From the NCBI GenBank assembly GCA_051294375.1, contig CM119268.1, positions 18,182,005 to 18,246,004 on the forward strand: a stretch of 64,000 nucleotides of DNA, written 5' to 3'. Shown piece after piece: positions 1 through 13,575 of the stretch. The DNA comes from Paraspadella gotoi. Taxonomy: Eukaryota; Animalia; Chaetognatha. The notes below the pieces were generated by a model. That model was not told the origin of the DNA and did not search any database. It worked only from the letters and a program-made list of their open reading frames with translations. Made by a program: the position numbers and the translations under genes. Position 1 is the first letter of the stretch. Each line of letters begins with the position of its first letter.

Positions 1-366
1 ACCACTCCCTCCTCCCCATCTCCTCCACGCGCCTCTTCCTCGTCGGCGGCCATGCCCCTTCCGGCGCCGTCTCCGACCACGCCGGTATATTCGACGCCAA
101 GGACGCCGCTTGGGTCGAGGAGCGCCGGTTGCCTGGCGACGCCGTCGTCTCCAACGCCGACAACTGCGCCGTCGTGGTGACGAGAAAGGGGCGCGTCAAG
201 GACGTCCTCTTCGTCGGCGGGTGGGTGGATGTGGCGCGGGACGGGTTCGAGGACGAGTGAAGGGGAAATTGGGGTTGTTGTTGTCGTCGTTGATGTCGTT
301 GTTATTGCAATTGCTGCTCTTGCTTCGTCATTGTTTTCATTCCTCTCGTAGTTTTCGAGTTTTTGG
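1..366 (-). CDS. Possible coding exon of an unidentified gene continuing off the left edge
   Basis: GC-rich block. One minus frame is open from about 366 to base 1 (QKLENYERNENNDEARAAIAITTTSTTTTTTPISPSLVLEPVPRHIHPPADEEDVLDAPL...). No recognisable domain. Confidence 0.3.
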
Positions 367-754
367 CTTTAGACTTTATTTAGTTTAGTGACTTTATTGA
401 AGATGCACTAACTTTTAGTTCAATTTTATTTCAATCTCGTGTCATTTAACTGTTCTTGGTATTATCTCTAAACCAGAAAAACTTATGACGCACCGCTTTA
501 TTAAACTGTTCTTTTGCTTTGCTTTGCTTTCTTTTGCTACGTTTCTTAACTGTGTAGCCTCAACTGTTATTTTTTTTAAAATCCTCCTGGTGTATTCTTG
601 GAAATGTTCATCGTAAACCAGAGATGCTTCCAATTATTCTAAATATGTACGTTATAAACTTAATTTAACTTAACTCCTCCAAAAATATTAGTTAGTCTTA
701 TAGCTTATGGTGATTAACATTAAAATATATTTCAAACGTTTTGCAACAAAAACA

Positions 755-3161
755 CTAGAAATTTATGGCGTCAGTCCATTCGTCGCTGATTCTTCGCTTA
801 TCGAAGTTAGAATAGAAAACAGGTCTGGTTAAAGTAAAGAAAATAAATTGAGATTTGTGGTAAACAACTTTATGATTTTTCATTACTTGTTGCTGTCAGC
901 TTGAAAGTCCGTGACATGAATTTTGACGTAGTTCACGGAAATATCGTCTCTTCTGTTCGATAGATAGAGGTTATGTATTATGTAATATGTATGTTTAGTG
1001 TGAACAACATTCTCCATACAGAAATGATAACCTCATGACAGACATTGAAAGCATCATTTAAAAAAAATAAAAGAGTTAAGGGATGACAAATGAACTCCGT
1101 AGAAACTAGGAAACCCTTCCAACCTTTCGGACGTCAAATTGATAAACCCACCCAGTAACTTCCCATTCAAACGCACCCAATCAACCTGACCCTCCCGACT
1201 CACCTCCCAAGCAGCATCTCCGGCGGAAGCGCGCAGACGAACTTTATTCTGAGTCGCGAGATTTTTGTCGGAATGGCGAGACCGCGGGGAAGAAGGCGAA
1301 ATGCGGAGAGGAGGTAAGAGGAGCGGAGTCTGGTTGGAGTCACTCTGTGGTGCAATTATATCGATGATTATTATGGTTCAATAATCATTATTATGTTCAT
1401 TATTATGGTTCATTATTATTATTTTGGTTTGATCGTTATTGCGAAAATATTTACATTGGTGACATTGGTCCCTATGACAGCTTTTAGATTAAAACGGAAC
1501 TAATTTAGGTAACATCTGAAATCCCTGTCAGCTTGTATTATATTTAAGGTTGACATTTCAAAGGTCAACTTTTCGCTAATCACTCACGATATCGGAATCA
1601 CGACGTTGCGATGGGCGTCCTCGGCGTCATCCGCTGCGTCAAACTGGACGAACACATAACCGAAAGCGTCTCTCGTTGCCAAGTGGATCCGACAATCGAA
1701 ATAATGGTTGGCGGCGAACGGAGCCTGTTAATTTCATAGTCAATCAATTTTTTGAGTCAATTCTGTGACTGTGGTCTCATGATGATCTCATGTTGCATTT
1801 TGGTCAGATATATCATTTATTTCCTGAATCGAATGATCTGATTCAAATTGTATTTTTTCTTACCGAGTCGTAAGTGTTAAGAAAAAGTGATAAATTATCT
1901 TTTTCTATATTTGTTAACGACGACGGCGACGATGACGATGACGAAGACGACGACAAAGAGCCTCTCTTCCACAGCAAAGTCGGTCGTTCAGCTTCGTATC
2001 CCATGGAGACGCAAGCTCCAGTTGCAAAGCAACTTTTGCATTTTCCGTCCTGTTCGAGTCAAATCCATCGAATGTGAGCAAATCAAAATATTTTAGCTTA
2101 AAATTTATTTATTTCTTTAACAAGAGTAACAAAAATTCCAAGTAAAGAATCCCGAATCGAATCGATAAAAAGCTACTAAATTTTGTTTTACGAATCTCAC
2201 TCACCCGAAAGTTTTGGTAGGAGGGGCATTCGACGGCGCTGAACCGCGACTCACCCTTCACCGACTCCAGAAAGTAATCAACGGCGCGACCGTGAGAGCA
2301 AAAGCGAAAACGGGCGTCGAACATCCAATGGAGACCGCCTTGGAGAGAACCTTTATTTATATATTCATCACTTCAATCAATTCATAAATTCATTCATTCA
2401 TTCATTCAGTATTTTGTTTATCTATTCTTACAAGAATGTTGATTGACTGAGTTGACTAACCGATTGATTAAACCATCGAATCATTGATGAAAAAACCATT
2501 GATTGATTGATCGATTTATTTATTAACCATTAATCGAGTTAACGATCTTTCACGGATTTATTGATTTACCCTCGCATCCAGGTTGTGTTAGTCCTCCGTT
2601 AGGATAAAAATTGAGGTGACCGATTGGACTCGTCATTCCGAAACCTCCTCGCTGGAATTCACAGAATTTCACATAAATTTAATACATTCAATTTTAATGA
2701 TTTTTGCCAGGATTTGAAAAAAATGTTGGGACTAAATTTTGATCCACAATATAGAGGCAGATATGGCTACTTTTTAAGCCTTTTCACAGATTTAACAACC
2801 ATCACTTGCTATGCACCAAAAAATTAACTTACAGACAAAGAAATTCCATTTGTGTGAATAACATCAACGAGCAAAGCGTCGTCTTTATCGAGCCGGGCAA
2901 GAGGGGAATATCCCTATGAGTACAGAGATTAAATTTATTAGATTATAACAAAATAGTTTTTAGGCAATGACAGCTTACCTCGAACAAAGGTCCGGCCGGA
3001 TCCAGTCCGGTTATCCGGCCTAATTTTCCTATTTTCTTGAGAGAGACTTCTTTTCCGGCGAATCCGGCAACGTGAGCGCCGAGGGAATGGCCGATCAGAT
3101 GGACGGACGAAGGAGAAAAGTTGGATCCTTACAAGAGAATATGGCCCGTGAGGGAAGATGG

Positions 3162-3205
<44 letters not shown>

Positions 3206-4171
3206 CTCTCTCTTTCTCTCTCTATTTCTCTCTCTCTTTCTCTCTCTCTCCATCGTTCACCTTCGTCTTCCAAAATGGCCGCAAGAAAATTGGCTAGAAT
3301 TCGACCGACGAGTCTAGTGTTTGCCGCCGCCTGGGGAAAAGGATAGAGGAACGCGAGATATTTTAAATTCTACAGATAATTATCTTCGATAGTCGAGGGT
3401 TACGCGGCCATATTCTCAAAATTTGCCCTATTTTGGCTTAAATTTAGACTTAAGTAAGTTTTTAAGTTTAAAGCGGTGAGGGTTAAGTGATAAGGATAGA
3501 GATGAATCAGAGATAAGAAATTAGGGTAAAGTGTTTAGTAAAAAATAAAGGTAAAGTATATAAGTTAAAACAATGTTCGGGGATTTTGAAAAGAATTGGG
3601 GCGCTCTCGTAAAATAGCGCTTCGATTTACTCACCTGAAAATAGTTGAAGTCGGAGTGAGTCGTGGACCAACCAAGGCGAACGATGGTGAGGGATTCGTT
3701 GCGACGGTGAAGGCCTTTCACCAGATCCTGTGAAGGAAAAATGATCAGGTTTGGGTGATGGAGATTGAAATGCTTTATCTTTCACAAATCTTAATTCGCT
3801 TGATAATGAGAGTTTTAGATTTCTAGAATAAGACAAACTTTGCCAAAACTTGTTGATTCATTAAGTTAATTATTATACCTAATTAATTGATTGGATGTTA
3901 CTTTTTTATGCTATTTATAATTATTACCAAATTTGACAGATTAAATTACAATACAATTTATTTTTTTTTTTAATGTTTTAACGTTAGCTTCTTTACTTTG
4001 TTTCTTTATTTTCATTTTTCACCTGCAACCAAGGTTCTTCGGCTCCATTAAGAAATCCGTGAATCAAAATCACGAGTTTCGGAGAATCACGAATAAGTGA
4101 AACGAATTCCGCGGGGAAAGAAAGATTCGCCGGGAATCTGAGGGCTGATTTTGGGTCTGGGATGGCGGAAG

Positions 4172-4203
<32 letters not shown>

Positions 4204-4233
4204 GAGAGTTAGAGAAGGAGAGGAGACGAGAGG

Positions 4234-4267
<34 letters not shown>

Positions 4268-5157
4268 AACCACGCCCATTTTTACAATCCTTCGCTCCCG
4301 TCTTTACCGATAACTCCCGTTTCCCCGACTCCACCATCCACCCCTACCACCACCTTCCATCTTGGCCCCAACCACCTTCCACCCCTGGTCCGTTGACGAA
4401 GTATTGAACTTTAACTTCGTCTGGATTTTGAGGCAAAAGTCGATGATGAGCGAAAGGAGATGCGAGGGAGAAACATCCGTAGGAGTCGAAGCAGATGTTG
4501 GGGGCGTCGATGCGATTGATCGCTGATAGGAAAATTTTATATAGTGACAAAATGACATATCTGTCACAATGCAGGGAATGTCACAAAACGACACAAAATC
4601 AGTACTGAACTATTGAAATTCCTTGGAAGTTCTGAAAATGAAGTTAGTAAATATTTTTGAAGCGGCATATGCAAAAATAAAACTAGTAGTTAATTGTGTC
4701 AGAGAGATATGTTAATATTATTCTTATAACATTTAGCGGCCAAAATTTAATTATAATCAAAATTTAAATTTACAATCAAAATTTAAAATTGTAATCAAAC
4801 TTACTTACACCAAAGAAACTTACCTTCTTCACTCCGATGCCACCAACGCGGTCGCCGATCCGACAAACGGGACAAATACTCGTAGACTCTACGAGGTGAG
4901 GTGAGGGGGCGTGTCCAGGCGGGCCAGCCGGGTAAGGAAGAGAGGGAGTGGAAGGAAGGGGATGGAAAAGAAAACGGGTGGGAGAAGGGAAGACGAGGTA
5001 AATAGGGAAAGTGTGATGCCGACGACGATGAGGCGGACGAAGTCGAAGTCGGTGACGACGTTGACGACGAAGACGACGACGACCGAAAACTGGCGGCGAC
5101 GCTAAATATCGCCAATGCCATTTGACAGGCAAGCATCGACGGGCAAAAGAACTTCAT
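755..5157 (-). CDS. Secreted pancreatic-lipase-family enzyme (lipase domain + PLAT-like C-terminus), 14 exons, about 607 aa
   Basis: Exons in transcript order: 4824-5157, 4376-4522, 4023-4156, 3635-3727, 3261-3330, 2979-3127, 2833-2913, 2570-2651, 2205-2338, 1864-2049, 1588-1724, 1204-1344, 887-952, 755-824. All GT-AG and phase-consistent. Motifs: signal-like N-terminus, [36 protein letters not shown] (Ser), [10 protein letters not shown] (Asp), [44 protein letters not shown] (His), CVSMGY. The exon-2 donor and the last three exons are least certain. Confidence 0.93.
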
Positions 5158-5509
5158 GTTTATTGTATTTAATTATATTTCCCGTTTGCTTTCGTTTATA
5201 CGATATTTTTGAGAGAGTAAAAAATAAAAATGTTGAAACGCATAAATTTGCTACGAAAAAAGACTAAGAGTTGTCCTTCATTATTTTATTTTTAGGTTAA
5301 TCGATAAAAAACGCCTCCTCTTCCAGACAAAAAGTTGAATGAGACTCAAGTGTTTGAAGACAAATATTACATATATTACGCAGTTTGCTGTTTGAGTTTA
5401 GCGCAATAGTGATTAATTTCCTTGAGGTTTCTCGTTTATGTATTTGTTTATTTATTTTTTTTCGTAAATTATTCCGTGGCATCACGTTTACCGAAATTTC
5501 TTTTTACGC

Positions 5510-5570
<61 letters not shown>

Positions 5571-5889
5571 CCATTATCACGAGTGCCTACAACTATTCGA
5601 ATGGACTCTCTTTCTTTCTCCCTTTTTCTCTATTCCCAGTGAGCCTTGGGTAATTCATTGTCATGCATCACGCATGCAAGTGAGAGAAGGAGACAAGGAT
5701 AATGAAAGTGAGAGAGAGATAGAGATAGAGAGGGAGGGATTAATTCCTTTTCCCCAGACGGATAATTCTAAAATCCTTTTCGTTTAATTGAATCACGACT
5801 CGATTCCGTTTTCTTCTTTAATTTTAGTCAGGGAGAAATGCGAATAAATGAGATGCTCTGAGGTCGGTCACTTTCCTTTACATTATTTA

Positions 5890-6145
5890 CATATTGTAGT
5901 AAAAAGTTGTTTTTTTTTTATCGATAATCACGGTTTTTGTAAAACATGGTTAATATTGGATCCGAAGAGGCCTCAATATTTTCTTTTAAAATTAGTGCAT
6001 GAATTATGATATACATTAATGTTATTTGCATATTGCAGTAAAAAATTTTTGCTCGATAATCACGGTGTTTTTCATAATTAGGTTAATATTGGATCATAAC
6101 TGGTCTCAATATTTTCTTTTAAAATCCGTGTGAGAATTATGATTT
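5890..6145. repeat. Diverged tandem duplication (about 135-140 bp x2)
   Basis: catattg(t/c)agtaaaa...tcgataatcacgg...ggttaatattggatc...ctcaatattttcttttaaaat...gaattatgat occurs twice. Confidence 0.75.
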
Positions 6146-6918
6146 GATAATATGATGACACGTTAATGCCTGCTTCATTTTAAAAACATTTTCCTTTACT
6201 TGACAAAGATTTCAATTAGGATTTTATAGTGTCTAAAAACAAATGCTAAACAATTCAATGATATTTAATTAGGGTATTTGGCTTCCTCGAAAGGGGAAAA
6301 TGTTAAAAATGGTATGTTTTATGGATGTTAAGTAAGTATGTTATGTAGATTTGTATGTAGCTATGTATGCTACGTAGGTTAATATGACAAGTATGTTATA
6401 ACTTATAACTTATAAGTATAAAAAAAATGGTGTGTGCATGATTAAGTTATGAGATTACTCTTTCGTATTAATAAGATCACATCGTCCTTGTTGCATCGTC
6501 GAAGTTGTCGAGTTGGTCGCGTTCTTCTCCTGAGGAATGACGAGTCGTTCCACCCAACGAAAAAGGCGAGAGTAATCGGGCGAAAGACGACGACTAAATG
6601 GAACTGTGAAAAGTGGAAGGCGATAAAAAAAAGAAACACGTAAAAGAATGAATTTAATTTTAAAGCAGGAAAAAACTTTGTTAAGATGTTTAATACGAAA
6701 AAGACGGAATTAATTAATTAGAACCACTGGAAAACTGTCACTTTTTTCAATATTCTACTATATTCTATTGGCCATTTCCAAACCAATGAAACTTTAAAAC
6801 TAGTTGAATTAATGGTTTTCGGTAAAACAGTGTTCTCCCCGAAAATCGGAAGAGACCAAATTAACTTGACTTTTAGTCGAAAAAGAAAAGAAACTTTCTA
6901 ACGATCTCCCGTTTCGCT

Positions 6919-6994
6919 CTTTCACATTTCGCTTTTAACGATCCCGCTTGTAACGGCGCTTTCACATTTCGCTTTTAACGATCCCGCTTGTAAC
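6919..6994. repeat. Tandem duplication of about 40 bp
   Basis: tttcacatttcgcttttaacgatcccgcttgtaacg occurs twice. Confidence 0.85.
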
Positions 6995-7903
6995 GAGGCT
7001 GTGAAAATAAAAGGCGGTGGAGGCGTTGAGGGGTGGCGTCGGTGGATGAGGAGAAACGAATGGCGCGAATCGACCAAAATGACGCAAAGAGCAAATGACG
7101 CGGAATTTGTGCGCCATCGCCGTCGCCTCCGCTCGTGAATTTGCGGATCCCGGCATCGTACAACCCCTTCTATTCTTTTCCCCCACTTCCCTTTAACCCT
7201 CTCTAGTCTCTACCCAACTTCCCTCTCCCCCCCCTTAAAAAAGACTAACTCGAAAGTTCAAAGCGACTTAATCGATGTCGTGAAAAGAAAATCGTTTTTC
7301 GCGGTTGAAAGTCACGCGGAGAGGCAGCGACGCCATCTTCGGGTTGAGCAACAGTTATTTTGCGACTCCAGACGAATTTTCGATTCAAATTTTGGCACTT
7401 ATGACTCTTACCCATTCACAAAATTTGAATTTAATTTTAAACAGTTACTGTATATGAGCTTATCTTTTTATTTATCCATTGCGGATTTCAATTTTTAAGA
7501 TTTTAAGATCACCCGGATTACAAGACTCAAATTCACCTCTCTTCGTGATTTTATCAAACTCAGACTCGATTCCAAGATGCGTTCACCGTTCAGTTTCCCC
7601 GTTGGACCAGCGAAGCCCGATTTCACGATGCATCGCGATTCCACGACTTCGGAATAAAAAAACTCCACCTCACTGGATTCACCATAAAAATGCGCATAAA
7701 ATCCTCGGAACGATCGTTTTCCAGAACCATGCGACCGTGCTCTCTCTCTCTCCTCTCTTCTCTCTCTCTCTCTTCTCTCACTCTCCCTCTCTCTCTCTCT
7801 CTGATCCTATCACATAATCGGTTTTCTTCCAGACTCGGTTCACACCTTTTTTTCCTATGCATTCTATTTTTATTTCCCCGTCTCCTTCCTCCTTTTCCGG
7901 GTT

Positions 7904-7946
<43 letters not shown>

Positions 7947-8992
7947 CTCTCTCTCACACTCTCTCTCTCTCTCTCTCTCATTCTCTCTCTCTCTCTTTTC
8001 CACTTTTCCCTCCATCGCCGACATTTGAATGCAAACGAAGTTCTAATTCCGGAAACCCGGATGGAATCGAGCAAAAAGAGGGCGTGGAAGTTGGCTGGAA
8101 AGGAGTCTACGAAAGAGGGTGCCTAGAAAGAGTGGGAACTCAGAAGTGAGGGAATTCAAGGAGCTTGAATCGGAATAAGGGGAGGATAATACGCATTAGG
8201 CGAATTCAGGTGCTTCCTTCACTTCAGCGACGGTCCTTGGAAAGGCTCGAGGAAAAAAATGCGCAAAGGATTTCATTGGACGGTGAGAACAATAAACAAG
8301 CTTAACGGAAAAGTAAAATATTAACTTCTGATTTTCTGCCGGAAGATGGCGGAGAGTTGAGAGGTGATGTCCGCTTCGTCGGCGTCATTTAGTCGGCAGA
8401 ATCGATCCGGGATCGATGTACAGTTGCTGCATGCGCTCTAATGTCCCCGTCAAGTTCTGTATGATCTCTGCCTTCATTGCTATCATATATTTATTTATTT
8501 GTTTTTATATTGGTTGTACCAATTTCATAAAATTCAGCTCCTTGTATTTTGATGCTAGTGCGGAGTACAATAAGTATTCCCCGATCTAATACTTAAGGGA
8601 GTGGTCTTTTCATACAATTGAAACATTCTTTGAATATTATACCACTTCATTGATAGGGAAGCCAGGTACTCTGGGAGTGAATAAACGAGACTGTGAGAGA
8701 GTCTTGATTGAAAGCTTGCAGGGACCTGCTATGTCATTATCTTGTAAGAGTGATGGAGGCCTTAAACCACCAAAGCCTGTCCAAAGTCATTGCGAGGTTT
8801 CATTGGTGTCCCGTTTTTCGTTTTCTGTTGCGGCTTTAAATGGGAGAACATTTTTGTTTATATTTGTTTAAATTTGAACCACGGCAGGGCTGTAATTTAA
8901 AAAGTCTGAAGTCGAAGAAAACTGGTTCCTCTTCATATTTTTTACTTTCTTCACTTTAATAACGTTTTTCTTACGGCTCATAAACTGTATTG

Positions 8993-8997
<5 letters not shown>

Positions 8998-9077
<80 letters not shown>
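8998..9077. repeat. (TC)n microsatellite, representative of dozens of AG/TC tracts (e.g. 18170-18269, 54920-55008, 62090-62174)
   Basis: Direct reading. These tracts generate most of the SLSL/RERE ORFs in the track. Confidence 0.98.
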
Positions 9078-9080
<3 letters not shown>

Positions 9081-10694
9081 TTTCGCTTCACTGATTTTGT
9101 TTTTTTCGTCCCAGAGACAAAACCTCGTCTTCGTAGTTTTCTTCTCGACGTCGCGTGAATAATTGATAAGAAAAAATGACGCTGAGATCCCACGACGACG
9201 ACGACGACGACGACGGCTATGAATGATGGATGGCGTCTTCGTCTTTCGGTTCACGGGACGGACTCGTCAGCTTCTCTGGTTTTGTCTCTATGAGAGTATA
9301 TCATTTTTCTTCGTTTTATTTCGATAAGGAGTTTCTTTTTTACCATGGAAAGTAAAAGGAACCAACTATCGTCTCTTTTTAACGCGGTACAACTTTCTCT
9401 CATCCCCCTGTAACTCCAATGCAAAGGAATTCCACCAATGACCCTGTAACTGATCTCATCTCTTCCTCCCACGAATCATGCATGCATCCTCTCTCATCAT
9501 TTTTCTTCACCGGCGCCCGGATCTCGACGGAGGCCGAGGCCGGCGAGGCCCGTCCTCTCGGGTCGATCCGCCAATTCTTTTTCGGCTTCATATCTTCTTG
9601 CTTTTTTTATCCCAGTTCCTTTTCTCCCAGCTCCCTCTCTATCAGGTTTTATCTCTTCAAGCTCCCGTCCCAGCTACCTCTCTCCTGGCCCCTTCTCTCC
9701 CAGCTTCTTCTCTTAATCCTCCTTATCTCCCAGCGCCTTCTCTACCATCTACCTCTCTTCCAGGATCCCCCTCTCCCGGCGCTCTCTCTCTCTCTCTCTC
9801 CGGCGCCCTTCGACCCCTCTTTCTGGCGCATTGTCTTCCATCCGGCGCCCCTTTTTTTCTCCGCGCGGCGCCATCGTCGAACGAACCGGCCTCGTTATTA
9901 TTGATGACGGTAGAGGGCGGAAGACGCGAACCCGAGTCTCGCCGGTCGAAGGTTTTGTTGATTCATTTGTTTTTTGTGTTTTGCTGTTGGTTGTGATTAT
10001 GGTTGTGGTTGTGGTTGTGATTGTGGTTCTGATTGTAGTAGTGATTGTGTTTTTGTTTGTGCTTGTTGGTTGTGATTGTGATAGTGGTTGTGGCTGTAGT
10101 TGTGGTTACGGTTCTGCTTCTGATTATGGTTGTAGTTTTGGTTGTGAATGTTGGTTGTGGTTGTGCTTGTGGTTGTGGTTGTTGTTATGGTTTTAGATAA
10201 GGTTGTGGTAGTGATTGTTGGTTGTGGTATTTTTGGTCATGCTGGTTAAAATTCCGGGGTAAAAATGCCTGGCGAGTGGTCGTGTTGGCGGTTTTTCAAT
10301 TTAAAAAAAAAACAATTAAAAATTAAAAGTCCATTTTCAAATAATTCTATTCGTAAATTCGAAATTCATTTCAAACTTTTAAATTTCCAATCACGTTTCG
10401 TTTTATTTTATTATTTTTTTTTTCGTTTTTATTTTCCCAACTCTTTTTTTTCTCTTTCCCATTCTCTTTTTTTTCCCACATCCACTCACTTCTTATCAAC
10501 ACTCCCTTCTTTTCCCGTCAGCTCCACACCCGACTTTCTCTCCCCCATCCAGACTTCCTTTCCCTTTCCTCCTCCTCTTCCTCTTCCTCCTCCTCTTCCT
10601 CTTTCTCCTCTACATCCTTTTGTCTTTCTTTTCTGTATTCCGTCCGCAGGGACTGACCCATCGTTAGTTGAGTTCTCCTTTCTTTTTTATTTCC

Positions 10695-10786
<92 letters not shown>

Positions 10787-12153
10787 ACCCTCTCAGTTAT
10801 TTTTCATGCATATTCCCCGCTCTCTCCTCTATCTCTCTCTCTTTCTCTCTCTTTCTCTCTCTCACCCTCTCAGTTATTTTTCTATGCATATTCCACTTGA
10901 ATCTCATCCATCACTCATTTCGTTCTTAATTTTTTTTTTCTTTCTGTCGAAAAAGACAAAACAATTTAAAAACAGCGTGAATCAAAATTCAAATCAGACG
11001 CTTTCACACACACTCGCAAACACACTCGCATACACACACACTCGCACACATACACACACATTCACACACACATTTTCAAACACACCCGAGCGCGCTCTCA
11101 CCCACACAAACAAAGCTGCCAAGGTAAAATGAAAGTCCAAGAAAAAAAAGATGGCCGAGAAAATGAGGGGGCGCCATCGGGGTCGACGGTCGTCACGGTC
11201 GGGGATTGGTTTCCATGGTAACGATGACTTGAGGCTCGAGACGAGGACAACGACGACGACGACGACGACGACGACGATGGGATATTTATGAGAGATCGCG
11301 ACACCCGGAATGGACGAAGTTGATGAAGAGACGCCGATGATGTTGAAAAGGTTGGAGGAAGACGAAAGCAAAGAATAAACAACAACAACAACAACAACAA
11401 CAACGACAAAAGGACGATTGCAAAAACAAAAAAAGTAACAAAAGAAAGTAGGAGGACGAGGACAAAGACGATTAAACCATTGAAGATGACAAAGGAAAAC
11501 GACGTTTAGTTTTCCCGCCAAAATGAGTTCTTGTAAAAAAACTAAAAAAAGAAGCTGGAAGTAAGGAGCGAACTTAGGCAAAGATTTTTTCCTAAATAGG
11601 TACTATTAAAAATTTTTTGGGTTTATCTAGAAGTTAAAACTGATTAAAAACATGAAATTTCTAATTGAGGAAATTGGCTTTCAAACATAAATATAACTGA
11701 TAAACTTATGACCTAATTTGCTAAAATTAAAGAAGAATTATTTTATTTTCAAAAATTTCAAACAAAATTATGATAAATTGAATGTAAAAATAAAAAATCA
11801 ATAAGATAGAATATTTAATAATTATAAAACTTTAATATTCGCTATTCAAATAGTTTACTGTAAACCTTAATATTTTAAAAATATTTTTAATAAAAATAAA
11901 ATTTATCTAGTTACTTTGATTTAAAAATGACCTATCTTGATTAGGAATAATCTTTTCTTTACCTCTGTATTTTGATTGACATTTTGCTCAGTTATGTAAA
12001 AATAAAACCCTTGTTAGACTCTAAGCTGCAGGGAAACGAGCAAGGTTTCTTCCATGCTTTCTTCACGATACAATCGTTGGTGTTCTGGATAAAATAAAAT
12101 TTTAAAATGTATTTCAGTAAATAATGACAGGACAAATTAGACAATAGGCATTA

Positions 12154-12763
12154 AGGCGTAGTGAAAGTTACATACGAAAATTCTAAAAGTCAATTATGAA
12201 CAATATACCATCAGTGAACATTAATTTGTATAAAAAAATAATTTTATGTTTTTTTAATTTTCGCAGTAGGCTATATTTATATATAGTACTATCCTTATAA
12301 TATCGAAAATTTACAAAATAGGCTTTTCTTAATTTTGATTGCAGATTTTAATTCCTCGTCAAAAGTGGATAAAAAAAATATAAATCATTTTTAAAAATTC
12401 TTTCATTAAGTGGGTTAAAAATTAAAAAAACTATATTTAATATATAAAAAGTTAATTTACAGCTTAAAAAATAAATTTTTCTAATTTTTGACCCACTTAA
12501 TGAAGGAATTTTTCAAAAAGAGTTATATTTCTTTTTATCAACTTTTTATGACGAATCCAAATCTGCAAAAAAAAATCTTAGAAAAAACTGTTTTGAAATT
12601 TTAACATTTATTGGTTTAGTACTAGTATAAATATGGCCTAGTGCGTAAATTGTAAAATTTATTGTAAATTTTTTTATTACATAAATGTTCATTAGTATAA
12701 TGTTGTTCGTTCCTCACTTTTAGAATTTTAATTAAAGTTAAATTTAGAAATTTTACTATGCCT
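12154..12763 (+). mobile_element. Foldback MITE, family A (non-autonomous DNA transposon), full copy
   Basis: Termini AGGCGTAGTGAAA...TTTTACTATGCCT flanked by TA (TTAA context). The whole body is an imperfect palindrome. Near-identical copies occur elsewhere in the window. Confidence 0.9.
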
Positions 12764-12844
12764 TAATAGACATTCATATATAAATTTGTTAGCTTTTGAA
12801 GTCGGGCATTGCAATATGTTCAACCCGCCTATAACTTTAAGTCG

Positions 12845-13092
12845 TGAACCCGTCGCTCATTGAGTAACGCCATCAGCTCATCACCGCTGGGTACCGATGT
12901 CGATATCCAATGGAACCTACCCTTTGGGAAGTGTGAGGACGGCTATAAACCACCTTGGGGGCTTGAAAAACCCTCAAGCCTGGTTCCAAGCCCAGGTCCC
13001 GTTCCATTGCTGCTGAGGGGGCACAGAAGTTACGGATAGTAGTCTTCAGCCCAATTAGCGCCTAAATCACACTTTTTTTATTATTATCATTT
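12845..13092 (+). mobile_element. Possible degenerate tRNA-derived SINE
   Basis: GC-richer island with a weak tRNA-like head, internal stems (caatggaac/gttccattg; ggcttga/tcaagcc), a ggttccaagccc motif and a T/ATT-rich tail. Single copy in the window. Confidence 0.3.
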
Positions 13093-13575
13093 CTAGTTTC
13101 TACCTGGCAAACAATGTACTCTCTGTTGGTAGGATTCACCACCCAACACCATTCGCTGCAGTTTTGCATAAACGAACATCCGGAGAAACAATATCCTAAT
13201 TGTATATAATATATATATATTTTATATAAATAATACGAACTACAAAATACGCATACTAAATATATTTCTGTTTAAGTTGAATCTAATGTTAATGTGGAAG
13301 TAACTTATAGGATTACTAGTTAAAAACGCTGGCTTTAAATTAAGGCGAACCTTTAAAACAGCCGTATGTGAATCCGCATCTACAAGGGTATTTCGGCCAA
13401 ATTTTGCAGGGTTTTCTTAGAGGCGGTTTGCATCCTTGCATCCAGCAGCCATCCATAGGAACTTAAACAGGATTGAAAAATATAAGGTTATGGCGATGTT
13501 GGATAAGGAGACAATATTTATAATAATATACATTTATTACAATGTAAAACGTGAGAATAAAGTATAACAATAAAG

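Noticed and set aside
442-633. 63-aa minus ORF
   Set aside because: Starts at a non-ATG codon, lies about 120 bp past the lipase stop and contains AATAAA; probably 3-prime UTR.
7623-8126. RERE/SLSL ORFs here and at many other sites (e.g. 10265-11132, 14954-15895, 42143-42463, 57639-58149)
   Set aside because: They are translations of AG/TC or TTTC microsatellites, which lack stop codons.
9960-10240. Thr-rich mucin-like or Val/Cys-rich ORF
   Set aside because: Degenerate (GGTTGT)n repeat; all three minus frames contain stops.
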